This document shows positions 1 through 12,799 of a stretch of DNA of 64,000 nt, in pieces. Numbering within the stretch: the stretch's first letter is position 1; the number at the start of each line of letters is the position of its first letter. Below the pieces are notes generated by a model that was given only the letters and a program-made list of their open reading frames with translations, ran no database searches and was not told the DNA's origin. The position numbers were made by a program, and so were the translations under genes. The stretch lies in NCBI GenBank assembly GCA_963707955.1, contig OY970176.1, forward strand, positions 1,024,001 through 1,088,000, read 5' to 3'. This DNA is from Candidatus Bathyarchaeota archaeon. GTDB lineage: Archaea > Thermoproteota > Bathyarchaeia > Bathyarchaeales > Bathycorpusculaceae.

Positions 1-125
1 ATGGCTGTGAAGGTCGGGCGAAGTTGGGACTTTTCAGGTGGTGACGAAGAATCGCGGCTGGGCAATAGATGTTTGGAGGGGGTTGAGAGATTATGTGGAT
101 TAGCGGTGCGCATTCAGTTCCAGAA

Positions 126-203
126 TGGTGGGGCTGCCCGGATTTGAACCGGGGTCTAGAGAGCCCAAGTCTCCAAGCCTAGACCAAGCTAGCCGACAGC
201 CCC
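126..203 (-). tRNA. tRNA-Pro (anticodon TGG), CCA encoded, no intron
   Basis: Reverse complement GGGGCTG...GGAGA-CT-TGG-GC-TCTC...GGTTCAAATCC...CAGCCCC-A-CCA folds as a cloverleaf. Confidence 0.96.
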
Positions 204-350
204 TTTTTTCTTGGCGTTAGAGCCATTGTTGATGGTGTAGTTTAAGGCTTTTGTTCAAACAATGCTTGACATCAAAAGATTCATAGTCGAGGTCCATTTT
301 CGTGGACTTACAAGATTTTCTCATGGCACGATGCATTCAGACCTGCGAGG

Positions 351-788
351 CTAGAAAAAGGGCTGTCGTTCCTTTTTGAGGCTGCATTGGAGTATTTTTG
401 GGCAGATTAGGCACTCGTCGGGGACGGGTATGTCCAATGACACGGCACTGACGAAACCTGAATAGTGGGCGCACTTCGCCGGTGAGTCGAAAACCTTTCC
501 ATATTCAATTGCTTTGATATCCACGACCTTCAGGTTTTCAATTTGCATGTCTATCTTGGACATGCAGTGCGGGCAGGCGTAGAAAGTTTTTCTGGGAATC
601 GTGGAGGGGTCCGTGAGGATCGTTGGCCTGTCGAAGGACTTACCGCATCCCCTGTACGGACATTTCAGTTTTGCGCTATGGTGGAGATGTAGTGGCGACA
701 TCGCATATCCTTCTGTGGAGTGCCCATTAGTATCGTTCGTATTAATATTTAATAAAGCTTGCCGTTTAAGCGTGCAACAAAAATACAC
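351..788 (-). CDS. Cys-rich hypothetical protein (putative Zn-binding); real start probably at MSPLH
   Basis: CPYRGC, CPHC, CAH, CLIC and terminal Cys motifs. Confidence 0.7.
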   Translation of the reverse strand: MYFCCTLKRQALLNINTNDTNGHSTEGYAMSPLHLHHSAKLKCPYRGCGKSFDRPTILTDPSTIPRKTFYACPHCMSKIDMQIENLKVVDIKAIEYGKVFDSPAKCAHYSGFVSAVSLDIPVPDECLICPKILQCSLKKERQPFF

Positions 789-816
789 AAACTCAACTTT
801 GCCATCTCCTTCGAAG

Positions 817-891
817 AGCCTCGGCCGGGCTTTGAACCCGGGGCCTGCGGTTTACGAGACCGCCGCTCTACCGAGACTGAGCTACCGAGGC
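817..891 (-). tRNA. tRNA-Thr (anticodon CGT), CCA not encoded
   Basis: Reverse complement GCCTCGG TAGCTCAG...GCGGT-CT-CGT-AA-ACCGC...GGTTCAAAGCCC...CCGAGGC-T. Confidence 0.95.
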
Positions 892-947
892 ATATGCCGC
901 TTAGTAGTGAGAGGAACCCTTATTTTTAAGATGTTCGGAAATAGCCC

Positions 948-1748
948 TTGGACGCTGAGCTCATGGAAAATTCAAGCATGCTGGATATAATTCTGGAAAG
1001 AACATCGATCAGAAGTTACGAGAAAGAAAAGAAAATCCCAGAAGAATTCGTGAAGAAAATACTTCTTGCTGGAATCAGAGCTCCCTCGGCCGGAAACATC
1101 CAACCGAGAACCATAATAGTTGTGAAAGATGAAGTCGTAAAAGAGCAGCTGTATCAGCTTTGCGAAGGCCAAGCGTTCATGAAAGCCGCCCCTCTCTGGA
1201 TCGTGATGTGTGTTGACCTCCATCGTCACCTAAAGGCTGCAGATCTGACGGGCGTAAAGTACGATTACACGGGCATTCTGCCTTACACGTTGGGCGTTTT
1301 GGACGCCTCGCTGTCGCTTGAAAACATGGTCATAGCCGCTGAAGCCTTAGGGTTGGGCAGTGTGATGATAGGATCAGTCATTGAACACCCAGAAGAAGCG
1401 AGCAAGATTCTGAAATTGCCCGAACATTGCTTGGCTTTCTGTATCCTGTGCGTTGGATACCCGAAAAGAAAATTCGGACCGAGAGAGAAATGGGACTACA
1501 GGATGATAGTCTGCGAAGACCACTACAGAGACATTGACGCGACCGACGTTGCAGAATACTGGAAGAAGTTCATGCTCAGTGATTTGAAACGTGGCGGAAA
1601 GGAAATCTCCCCAGAAATCATCGAAAGAATCTGCAACGAGAGAAATTATGGAAAGACCTACGCAAGTCACTACAAAGAAGAATTCGTCAGCGCTACAAAC
1701 AGGAAGCTGACTGAGTTCCTCAGAAAGCAAGGACTACTAAAGGACTAA
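948..1748 (+). CDS. Nitroreductase family protein (NfsA/FRP-like)
   Basis: RTSIRSY, APSAGNIQP, AAEALGLGSVMIG and VGYP motifs. Confidence 0.9.
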   Translation: MDAELMENSSMLDIILERTSIRSYEKEKKIPEEFVKKILLAGIRAPSAGNIQPRTIIVVKDEVVKEQLYQLCEGQAFMKAAPLWIVMCVDLHRHLKAADLTGVKYDYTGILPYTLGVLDASLSLENMVIAAEALGLGSVMIGSVIEHPEEASKILKLPEHCLAFCILCVGYPKRKFGPREKWDYRMIVCEDHYRDIDATDVAEYWKKFMLSDLKRGGKEISPEIIERICNERNYGKTYASHYKEEFVSATNRKLTEFLRKQGLLKD

Positions 1749-1769
1749 GTACCATTATGGTGGTCCTCA

Positions 1770-2759
1770 TTGGCAAGCGCTGAAAAACTGGGAGAGCGGA
1801 GGATAATCGAGATCATACAAAGCCGCTTAGACCATATGCCCAAAATGCCTGTGCCTTTCGGCGATGACGTATCCGCTTGCGAAATAGGAGGCGGCAACCT
1901 CGTGGTTTTGAAGACAGACATGCTTGTGGACAAGACCGATGTTCCTGCGGGCATGAATCTCTGGCAGGCAGCTCGAAAAGCCGTGGTCATGAACGTGAGC
2001 GATTTCGCAGCCAAAGGTGTTAAGCCGATCGCTATGCTCGTTTCCCTTGGCATACCGAGAAGTCTGAGACAGAGTGACGTCGAAGAATTGGGAGATGGTT
2101 TGAACGCTGGCGCACGTGAATACGGCGCATACGTGATCGGCGGAGACACGGGTGAGGCTTCAGACCTCGTGATCAGTCTTTCAGTTTTTGGGATGATTAG
2201 AAAGGGCAAACTAATGCTGCGGAGTGGAGCAAAACCCGGAGACCTCATAGCCGTGACTGGCCCCTTTGGAAAGCCGCCTGCAGGCTTAAAGATCCTCGTC
2301 GACAACTTCAAAGCGCCAAAAGAAATCAAGAAGACTCTTGTGCATTCCGTTTTGATGCCGCATGCTCGGCTTGAAGAGGGACTTGCCCTCAGTCAGACAG
2401 GAGCCGTCAGCGCGGCGATCGATTCAAGCGACGGCTTGGCCTGGAGTCTGCACGAGATCGCGAGAGCAAGCAAAGTTGGAGTGTCGATAAACTCGTTGCC
2501 AGTAGCAAAGGAAGCGGCGAGGTTCGCAAGGATAAACAAGCTTGACCCTTCGGCGCTGGCACTGTACGGAGGAGAAGAGTATGAGCTTATCTTGACAGTT
2601 AAGCCTAGGCTCTGGATTAAAGCTGAAAAGGCCGCTGAAAAAGCTGGTGGAAAACTCATGAAAATTGGAAAAACAACGGCTGGGAAGAATTTGCTAATGG
2701 AGACGAGTAGAAAGCACGTTCTAATTGCGCCGAAAGGGTATGAACACTTCAAAACATAA
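1770..2759 (+). CDS. thiL: Thiamine-monophosphate kinase
   Basis: GDDVS, KAVVMNVSDFAAKG, IGGDT, DSSDGL and GGEEYEL motifs. Confidence 0.95.
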   Translation: MASAEKLGERRIIEIIQSRLDHMPKMPVPFGDDVSACEIGGGNLVVLKTDMLVDKTDVPAGMNLWQAARKAVVMNVSDFAAKGVKPIAMLVSLGIPRSLRQSDVEELGDGLNAGAREYGAYVIGGDTGEASDLVISLSVFGMIRKGKLMLRSGAKPGDLIAVTGPFGKPPAGLKILVDNFKAPKEIKKTLVHSVLMPHARLEEGLALSQTGAVSAAIDSSDGLAWSLHEIARASKVGVSINSLPVAKEAARFARINKLDPSALALYGGEEYELILTVKPRLWIKAEKAAEKAGGKLMKIGKTTAGKNLLMETSRKHVLIAPKGYEHFKT

Positions 2760-2997
2760 GTGTCGTTTTAATTTTCTTAGAGCCTCTTAGCTGAGGCTGC
2801 TCAAGAACTCGTAAGCGATAACGTTCAGCCAAAGGAGTTTTCACTGTGCAGTGCAGAATTCTTCCAGTTCTCTTCATGAGAAAACCTGTGTTATATGTTG
2901 AGTTTCCTATGTTCTGAGAGAAAACTTATATCGGGGGGATTTCGGTTGTATTTCATTCTCGTGTCTGAGCTCAGAATTTTGGGCGATAATTCAATCT

Positions 2998-3309
2998 TCA
3001 ACGCTTTCTGGTTTTCTTTTTCCTGTTTTTTACCTTTGCCACAGTGACTGAACGGGCTTGGTTCAGCCTTCGGATTTGAGCGTTCGGAAAGGCGCGACCA
3101 ATATCTCTTCGCAACTGTTCAATGTCTACTTGGCCATAAGTCTTAACGTCGACTATGGGTCTTTCGTCTTCGCCGTAGCTGACGGCGACCGTGTATCCCG
3201 AACCAACTTCAACATGGTTTGGTTCTAGGATGAAGCTCACCTCTTCTGAGTCTGTCGTAACTGCATTCTCTGATGCGCGTTTGTTCTTTCGTTCAGCCAT
3301 ATTCGTCAC
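2998..3309 (-). CDS. Hypothetical protein with basic C-terminus
   Basis: 103-aa ORF occupying otherwise non-coding space; plausible composition. Confidence 0.6.
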   Translation of the reverse strand: MTNMAERKNKRASENAVTTDSEEVSFILEPNHVEVGSGYTVAVSYGEDERPIVDVKTYGQVDIEQLRRDIGRAFPNAQIRRLNQARSVTVAKVKNRKKKTRKR

Positions 3310-3489
3310 AACATTCTAACACTTTAAAAGCGTAGATTAAAGCGTTATTAAGTCTAAATATGAATCATTCATTTCAAGTCAGGACGTCTTGTGATTGCAC
3401 GTGTCAGCACCACTCTTAGATTATCCTAGCGTGCATGACACGTTTGTCTGGAGAAACTGTAAACATTGGGCGGAGGTACTGAAGAGCGC

Positions 3490-4050
3490 TCAAGTGACTT
3501 TTCGTCTGTCCATCATGAAGTTCAGGACTGTTATGCACGAAGCTGCAAGGTAGGGTTGTTTCCCGAGGCTGATTTTTTCGCCGTATCGCAACGCGTAGCC
3601 TTCGACTGTCTTGGGCAGGCCGATGTGGTCGCCTAGCACGAAGACTGGGTGTTCGCCTATCTCTACGGTTTCCACATCCTTTCCACTTTCCTCCAGCACG
3701 AATATTCTTGAGTCATTCGCCTTTTCTCTCAACAAAGCTTCAAAGCTTACTTTTGTTGCAGTTATGCCTGGATGGGGCAGGCCTGACAGGGTCCTTCGAA
3801 GAATGTCTTCCCACGTTTCCTGATCAGTTCGCACATCATAGAGGGTTGCGCCGTCAACCTTCAAATGCAACGGCGGGTTTGGTGGTCCGCTAAGCACTGC
3901 GTTGAAGACCACGTTTCTCCGCAGCCCATGTGAGAGGAACAGTGATGCGATAATGCACTCGTGCACCACGTCCAATCGACCAGCATCTCGCAGGTTTGTG
4001 AACCGAGCATCGGTCCTGCCCTTACGAGAATAGACGATGAACTCTCGCAT
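3490..4050 (-). CDS. trmY: tRNA (pseudouridine54-N1)-methyltransferase, SPOUT family
   Basis: N-terminal MREFIV...GRLD, FVLGDHIG and ISLG motifs typical of archaeal TrmY. Confidence 0.9.
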   Translation of the reverse strand: MREFIVYSRKGRTDARFTNLRDAGRLDVVHECIIASLFLSHGLRRNVVFNAVLSGPPNPPLHLKVDGATLYDVRTDQETWEDILRRTLSGLPHPGITATKVSFEALLREKANDSRIFVLEESGKDVETVEIGEHPVFVLGDHIGLPKTVEGYALRYGEKISLGKQPYLAASCITVLNFMMDRRKVT

Positions 4051-4263
4051 TCGCAGCCCTGAAGCATGATGAGCTATTGTGAGAATTATCGTTTACTCTA
4101 TTGAGACACAACGACGGCATACTCTGAAGGATATAATTCCAGACAACACGTTTTTGTCGACAACTCTTTCGTATATTGCGCCATCAAGACTTTAGGCTGA
4201 CTCTTCTCAACAACTCCGAATAGCTTAATTTTGAGAACCTCAACAGTAAGCTAGCAACGCATT

Positions 4264-4340
4264 GCCTCCGTAGCCTAGACGGTTAGGGCGTTAGCCTTGT
4301 AAGCTGAAGGTCCCGGGTTCAAATCCCGGCGGAGGCTCCA
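4264..4340 (+). tRNA. tRNA-Thr (anticodon TGT), CCA encoded
   Basis: GCCTCCG...TTAGC-CT-TGT-AA-GCTGA...GGTTCAAATCCC...CGGAGGC-T-CCA. Confidence 0.95.
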
Positions 4341-4520
4341 TTATTCTCAACGTTTTCAGCAGACGAAATCCCCCAGACTCAGGATGGAGAAACGCGCGAC
4401 TTGCCTTTCACGACTAGCATCGCGGGCCTAAAGGGCAAGAAACTCTGATGATGCGACCTCGGAGACAACAGCCTACGATTTTGAAAGCCACGACAAAAGA
4501 GCGTTTGATTGCAGCGACAT

Positions 4521-4532
4521 AACCCTTATATC
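4521..4532 (+). promoter_or_regulatory. Putative archaeal BRE/TATA promoter of the 23S rRNA transcript
   Basis: AACCCTTATATC about 200 nt upstream of the 23S start; similar AACCCTTAT precedes the nitroreductase near 915. Confidence 0.45.
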
Positions 4533-4654
4533 CACGAAAGGTGCTTCAGAAGTATTTTGGCTACTTACTTGAAGCCATAGATAAGATGCAACTCTCCATC
4601 GATCGGTGGTGAGTGAAGGGAGAAATGAGCGTGCCTAGGCGTACGCTCACGATG

Positions 4655-4724
4655 ACACCATGCATAGACTCAGGAAACTGAGAAGTTTCACCGAAACGTC
4701 AAACAGACACTGCCGTAAGGTTTG

Positions 4725-4728
<4 letters not shown>
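4655..4728 (+). other. 5' arm of 23S pre-rRNA processing stem (bulge-helix-bulge)
   Basis: GAAGTTTCACCGA (4682-4694) pairs with 7781-7793; CGTC pairs with GACG; AAA bulge; CAGACACTGC pairs with GCGGTGTCTG; outer stem 4655-4671 pairs with 7807-7823. Confidence 0.85.
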
Positions 4729-7747
<3,019 letters not shown>

Positions 7748-7750
<3 letters not shown>

Positions 7751-7823
7751 TCAAACTATAAGCGGTGTCTGGACGATATATCGGTGAAACTTCAATGTGC
7801 CAGAAAGAGTCCATGCATGGTGT
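7748..7823 (+). other. 3' arm of 23S pre-rRNA processing stem (bulge-helix-bulge)
   Basis: Complementary to 4655-4728, with an ATA bulge at 7776-7778. Confidence 0.85.
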
Positions 7824-7899
7824 ACACACTTATTTCTCAAATGAACAAGCGAATCGTTTTTGTTAGTCTTTCACTCAAGAAATGTAGTAGTGAACGTGT

Positions 7900-8751
7900 T
7901 TGACCCTCATCTCAAAGTTTGATCCTTGGCGCTCTGCCCTGTGCACGTGCCCCCCTAAACTGACTTTCAATCCGTACACTGGCTGCGATCACGGATGCAC
8001 ATACTGCTACGCCTCAAGCTACATTTCAAGATTCTCTGAGTGCAGGCCCAAGAAGAATCTGATTCAAAGACTGAACAGTGAAGCGGCGAAGTTCACTGGC
8101 GAAATAATATCCATATCCAATTCTTCTGACCCTTACCCGAGGCTTGAAGCCAAAATGGCTTTGATGCGCAGTTGCCTAGAAATCTTTTCAGAAGACAACT
8201 GTAAGGTTCAGATAATCACGAAGTCCAGCCTTGTAGTCAGGGACATCGACCTGTTGGCAAAGATTCCCTCAATGGTTTCCCTGACCATCACAACGGACAA
8301 CGATGAAACTTCAAGGTTACTCGAACCCTATGCACCTCCTGTGTCAGAGCGTCTGAAGACAATCGAAAAACTGGTTCAGAAGGGTTTGCCAACTGCAGTG
8401 CGGATAGATCCGATTATACCGTTTGTGAATGACCGCTTCGAAAAATTGATTGAAACCCTTGCAGCCTTAGGCGTCAAGCACATCACCAGCTCGACATACA
8501 AGGTCAAGCAGGACGACTGGAGAAGGTTTAATGCTGCAATGCCTGAAGTCGCCGCCAGGTTGAGACCGCTTTACTTTGAAAGGGGTGAGAGAATGGCAGG
8601 CTACGTCTACTTGCAGCGCGATCTCAGGGAAAGTTTGATGGAGAAAGTTTCTGCCTCGGCTAAGAAAAACGGTATGAAGTTCGGCACATGCAGAGAGGGT
8701 TTAAGCCATTTGAACACAGGTGCGTGTGACGGCTCATGGTTGCTTGACTAA
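7900..8751 (+). CDS. Radical SAM protein, SplB/Rv2578c-like (DNA repair photolyase-like)
   Basis: NPYTGCDHGCTYCYA (CxxxCxxC), SDPYP, IITKS and RIDPIIP motifs. Confidence 0.9.
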   Translation: MTLISKFDPWRSALCTCPPKLTFNPYTGCDHGCTYCYASSYISRFSECRPKKNLIQRLNSEAAKFTGEIISISNSSDPYPRLEAKMALMRSCLEIFSEDNCKVQIITKSSLVVRDIDLLAKIPSMVSLTITTDNDETSRLLEPYAPPVSERLKTIEKLVQKGLPTAVRIDPIIPFVNDRFEKLIETLAALGVKHITSSTYKVKQDDWRRFNAAMPEVAARLRPLYFERGERMAGYVYLQRDLRESLMEKVSASAKKNGMKFGTCREGLSHLNTGACDGSWLLD

Positions 8752-8966
8752 TGATAATGCGCGCTAGCTTCAGCGCGTCCGAACTAGTGATAGCGCGGCC
8801 TTGCGAATCGTTCTACAGAATGGCAGAGCTTCCAGAAGAAGTCAAGGCAGACGTGGCACAAGCAAACATGAGAGACGGAGTAATAGAAGTGGTACTTCCA
8901 AAGAGAACACCGAAACAGAAGAAGAAAGTCCTTATAAAATACAGGTCAGTAACCCCGCCTTTTTGA
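8751..8966 (+). pseudogene. 5'-truncated Hsp20/alpha-crystallin gene fragment
   Basis: SFYRMAELPEEV...AQANMRDGVIEVVLPK matches the C-terminal half of the alpha-crystallin domain; N-terminal half missing. Confidence 0.7.
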
Positions 8967-9188
8967 GTTTGCCGGTTCTGTTGTGGAGATGTGATTTTTT
9001 GATTGTTGATATCAGATTCGATTTTGTATCGGATTAGGGGACTCACGTTACTACGCTGTTAGATATCTTCAGTTTTAGTTTCTTGTAAAATCAGACAAGT
9101 TGCCCGTTGTCGTTGTGTGAATCAATTGATGCCTAAAATTCGCAAATGAAGAAGCAAGGGATAAATTGCCCGTATCATGTGAAAAATA

Positions 9189-9473
9189 GTGATGCTAACC
9201 CATTCTCCAATCCTCCAGGTGAGGGGCAACAGAAGGGACAGGCTCGTAATAATCTCAGTCATGTTATCGTATGCGGCTAAGGGAGTGGGAAAAACCGAAT
9301 TAATGTACAAGGTTGGGTTGAGCTCCGCTCAACTGGACAAATACATACCTGTGCTCGTGAGGTCAGAACTGCTGGAAGTGTCAAACCACACGAAGAGAGC
9401 CTTGTATAAGACGACCAACAAGGGTAGAAGCTTCTTAAATATTTTTGACACTCTGGTCAGACTTCTAGACTAG
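9189..9473 (+). CDS. Winged helix-turn-helix protein (archaeal predicted transcriptional regulator)
   Basis: RRDRLVII...KTELMYKVGLS...YKTTNKGRSFL pattern. Confidence 0.8.
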   Translation: MMLTHSPILQVRGNRRDRLVIISVMLSYAAKGVGKTELMYKVGLSSAQLDKYIPVLVRSELLEVSNHTKRALYKTTNKGRSFLNIFDTLVRLLD

Positions 9474-9553
9474 CGGAACGAACGCGATCACCTGAGAACC
9501 CAACTCTTGGTTACCTGCTTTTTTCGCGCGGATACGCTGAAAGGATGAAGCTT

Positions 9554-9838
9554 CTATATGATATCATGCTGCTCCAGAGCGTGATCCCCTATCTCGCAGC
9601 CTTCTTTTTCGCAAAATTCTAGAATTTTTGACACGGCTCTCAAATCGATAGCTTTTATTCTTTCTTCCTCAGGCCCAACAACTTCAATTATGACGCCTAG
9701 TCCTGCTACACCGCCCATGCACGCGTACACGTTCTTGTAGATCCTTATGTCGTACTCCGGTGGAACGCCAGTTTCTTCCACCGCGGATTTAATCTTGTCT
9801 ATTAGAAGGTCAATGCTGCGCGACTGCATCGCTTTCAC
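9554..9838 (-). CDS. Hypothetical protein
   Basis: 94-aa ORF directly downstream of the Lrp-domain gene on the same strand. Confidence 0.65.
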   Translation of the reverse strand: MKAMQSRSIDLLIDKIKSAVEETGVPPEYDIRIYKNVYACMGGVAGLGVIIEVVGPEEERIKAIDLRAVSKILEFCEKEGCEIGDHALEQHDII

Positions 9839-9867
9839 GAAGTAGATCTCTCTGCAGCCGATTCGGG

Positions 9868-10110
9868 TTATTCATATCCCTTTTTGAAAGCTATCAAAGT
9901 CACCGTTTCTTTTACGCCGCTTATCCTGCGAATCTTGTCGAAAATGAATCTGTCAAGATCATCCATCGTGTCGAATGAAGCTTCAACGTGCAAGTCATAG
10001 ACACCGTACGTTGGAACCGCATGGTGGACGCCTGGTATTTTCCTGACTTCCTTGAGTACTTCTTCGTCTTTTCCTGATTCAACCTTCGCCAACACATAGG
10101 CAACCGTCAA
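9868..10110 (-). CDS. Stand-alone Lrp/AsnC ligand-binding (RAM) domain protein
   Basis: AYVLAKVE...YGVYDL...KIRRISGVKETVTLI. Confidence 0.9.
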   Translation of the reverse strand: MTVAYVLAKVESGKDEEVLKEVRKIPGVHHAVPTYGVYDLHVEASFDTMDDLDRFIFDKIRRISGVKETVTLIAFKKGYE

Positions 10111-10185
10111 GTCTATGCCCCTCCCTAAAGGTTAACGTTCTCATGGAGCCCGTAATAAAGATAACGTATCCGTTAGGCGCGCCTT

Positions 10186-10779
10186 TCAAGAGCTTGGCAT
10201 TATAATCGTCTGGTCATCACTGCCGTAGGTCAGCGTTTTTCCCTCTAGAAAGAGCTTGCCAACATAGGCGCACGTTATGGCATCCAGCTCGTCGGCGCTC
10301 ATTGCATTAGCTATGCCCTTGATCTGCAATTTCTTCAAACCGCCTCTCAGCTTATCGAGACCTTTCTGTTTTCTGGGTATTCCCAAGACATCTTGTGCGC
10401 CTCCAGGATACACTTCTATGACGTTGAAATGCATACTCTCAAGAGTTTTCCTCAGTGTTATTCCTCGGGAGGTGAGTTTTCTCATCGGACCGAGCGTAAC
10501 CGGGAAGAACTTTATTTTTCTTCTGAGAAGTTCTCGGTCACATTCTCTCAAGTGTGCGCCGGTTCTTTCGTCTATGGATTTTCTTCCTGCTGGGAGGCTG
10601 AGAGGCGCATCGACGGCGACTAATTTTGGTTTGGTTTCCTGTATTTTCTTTATTATTTCTCTATCTCCGTAGACCACACATGTCTTGACGTTCCAGTCTT
10701 CAAGGATACAAAAACCCGTGGGTCTAGTCTCGACACCTGCCAAGTCCAAGCCCACTATCGGCATATCATCCAGACTCAC
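10186..10779 (-). CDS. DUF429 family protein (RNase H-like fold)
   Basis: VGLDLAG, VAVDAPLSLP, RECDREL, IEVYPG and DELDAI motifs. Confidence 0.85.
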   Translation of the reverse strand: MSLDDMPIVGLDLAGVETRPTGFCILEDWNVKTCVVYGDREIIKKIQETKPKLVAVDAPLSLPAGRKSIDERTGAHLRECDRELLRRKIKFFPVTLGPMRKLTSRGITLRKTLESMHFNVIEVYPGGAQDVLGIPRKQKGLDKLRGGLKKLQIKGIANAMSADELDAITCAYVGKLFLEGKTLTYGSDDQTIIMPSS

Positions 10780-10788
10780 ATTGATGGT

Positions 10789-11265
10789 TCATGAGACAAG
10801 TTGTGGCTCTTCCTGATAAGAGAGCGAGTATAATATGAGGTCTTCGTTCAGATAGTCTTTTCGCAGGTGGGCTTCTGGGACAAAGCAAAGTTCGGCGCAC
10901 ATTTTGCGCATGCCAATGTTCCATGGCCTTGTGAACAATTTCACTTTCTTTCTGCCAATTGCTTTAGCACGCCTTATGCCATCTCGGACAAGCTGCCTAC
11001 CGATTCCTTTTCTACGAAAAGCAGACTTTACGGCTACGAGATGCGATTGTGCCGGGTATTCTACGCTTTCTTCTGCCATGATTATGAATCCAGCAATTGC
11101 TGATTCCTCGTTCTCGTAGACAAGAATCTGTACGGGGCGCTTTGAAAATTCGATGAGCTGTTTGGTCGTGAGCGTTCCCAGTGCGATTTCGTCGCTGAAT
11201 GCTTCCGTGAGAATTTTGACGATAGCTGGTGCGTCTTTTTCGTTAAACTCCCTCATTACACGCAT
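10789..11265 (-). CDS. GNAT family N-acetyltransferase
   Basis: VAVKSAFRRKGIGRQLV acetyl-CoA binding motif A. Confidence 0.85.
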   Translation of the reverse strand: MRVMREFNEKDAPAIVKILTEAFSDEIALGTLTTKQLIEFSKRPVQILVYENEESAIAGFIIMAEESVEYPAQSHLVAVKSAFRRKGIGRQLVRDGIRRAKAIGRKKVKLFTRPWNIGMRKMCAELCFVPEAHLRKDYLNEDLILYSLSYQEEPQLVS

Positions 11266-11289
11266 TAAGTTTCCCGTGAAACATGGAGA

Positions 11290-11365
11290 TGGTAGCCCGG
11301 GAGAGATTCGAACTCTCGTCAGCGGCTCCAGAGGCCGCCATGTTTGACCACTGCACCACCGGGCT
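11290..11365 (-). tRNA. tRNA-Gln (anticodon CTG), CCA encoded
   Basis: Reverse complement AGCCCGG...GCGGC-CT-CTG-GA-GCCGC...GTTCGAATCTC...CCGGGCT-A-CCA. Confidence 0.95.
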
Positions 11366-11447
11366 TTGTCACAAAGGGATTAAACAATGAAGTTTGGGAT
11401 AAATACTTTAGTGCGGAACAGGGAGGGACGAAAACAACGTGGGCTTC

Positions 11448-11651
11448 CTATTTTTGCTTCTTCAGCGTCTCTTCGATGCAGTGGCATTCTTGGGCGCTTG
11501 GATACCATTCTTCGCAGCACCAAAGCGTGGAGACGATTGCGTCTTGACTCTTCAAGTATCGTCTGGTGCAGAACACTTGGCTTGGGAAGTCGTAGGCGTT
11601 GTGGCTGGTGCAGTTTCCGCAGAATTTGTGTTTGGAAGATTTCTTCTTCAT
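11448..11651 (-). CDS. Small Cys-rich hypothetical protein
   Basis: 67 aa with CGNC, C, CC and CHC; starts 8 nt after the dys stop, with a GGAGTG-like RBS. Confidence 0.6.
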   Translation of the reverse strand: MKKKSSKHKFCGNCTSHNAYDFPSQVFCTRRYLKSQDAIVSTLWCCEEWYPSAQECHCIEETLKKQK

Positions 11652-11658
11652 GTGGATT

Positions 11659-12681
11659 TCACTCCTTAACGACGGGGTCTTCGAATTTCACGTTCCGCGC
11701 TCGCTTGAAGTCTTTGCCGAGTCTCTCCACGACTGAGGCCACGATCGTTGGGAAGACGATCATCGCGTCGCTGATGACCATTACTTTGTCTGCTTGACCC
11801 TTCAGTTTTCCCCAGCTGACGGTCTCTTCTAGTGTCGATCCTGAGAGCCCACCCGTTTCTGCGCGGTCCATTGTTATGACGACGGCGTAGTCTATGCCTG
11901 ACTTTGTGGCCAGGGCTGCTGACTGTATGGTGTTTCTCGGCACTCCACCGCCTATGACTATCATGCCGTTTCTGGAAGCGCCTCGACAGATGCTGATTAT
12001 TTCCGATACGTCTTTGAAGCTGTCTACGACCAGCGTGTTCTTAAAAGCCCTGCGAGAGGCGTGGAGATGGTAGATGTAACCGAATTCTGAGTCGCGCACC
12101 GCAGGAATAAAGATTGGGGCTTTTGATTCGTAGGCCGCGCGCAGAATCGAATTAGGGTCTTTGAGTCTTTTGCCCAGTTCCCAAGCAAAATCCCTCGAGG
12201 AGAGAGGCTTCCCCTTGCATTCTGTGGCCATCTGGTCGTATATTTTCACGAGTTCACAGTCGAGTTTTATGAAGTCTTCCTCTGGGACGAAGACGTCGTA
12301 TATGCGGTAGGTATGATTTTTGTAGAGCATGTAATCGTCTACAAACCAGTGTCCTTTGTAGTGATGACCTCCTATGGCTTCTAAGGCGTCGTGAACCATG
12401 TTTGCTCCCGTTGTTACGAGGACGTCGATGAGGTTTTCACGAATCATGTCCGCAATCAGCGAGCGCATGCCTGCTGGAACCATGGCTCCTGCTAGGGCCA
12501 AGAAAATCGTGCAATCGTCGTCCCGAACCATGCGCTCGTAGATGTCGCATGCCGTTGAAAGTCTTCCTGCCCCGAAGGATCCCGAGTTTTGAAACTGTCG
12601 AACAAGCTGGTCTACGGTGAGTTTTCCTCTGATTCTCATGTGTTTTACTGGCTCGCGAAGGATCTCTTTCCTCTGCATCAA
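11659..12681 (-). CDS. dys: Deoxyhypusine synthase
   Basis: VTTGANMVHD, IGGGVPRN and GGLSGSTLEETVSWGK (catalytic Lys present). Confidence 0.95.
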   Translation of the reverse strand: MMQRKEILREPVKHMRIRGKLTVDQLVRQFQNSGSFGAGRLSTACDIYERMVRDDDCTIFLALAGAMVPAGMRSLIADMIRENLIDVLVTTGANMVHDALEAIGGHHYKGHWFVDDYMLYKNHTYRIYDVFVPEEDFIKLDCELVKIYDQMATECKGKPLSSRDFAWELGKRLKDPNSILRAAYESKAPIFIPAVRDSEFGYIYHLHASRRAFKNTLVVDSFKDVSEIISICRGASRNGMIVIGGGVPRNTIQSAALATKSGIDYAVVITMDRAETGGLSGSTLEETVSWGKLKGQADKVMVISDAMIVFPTIVASVVERLGKDFKRARNVKFEDPVVKE

Positions 12682-12799
12682 AATACACGCTCAGAATCTC
12701 ACTCTTTGGTTGACTAAGAAGAAATATTTTGCTGTGCTGCTGCGGTGGGGAAGATTGAGATTAGAAGGGACAGATTCTGCGTCTGAGATGAGAGTTGGC

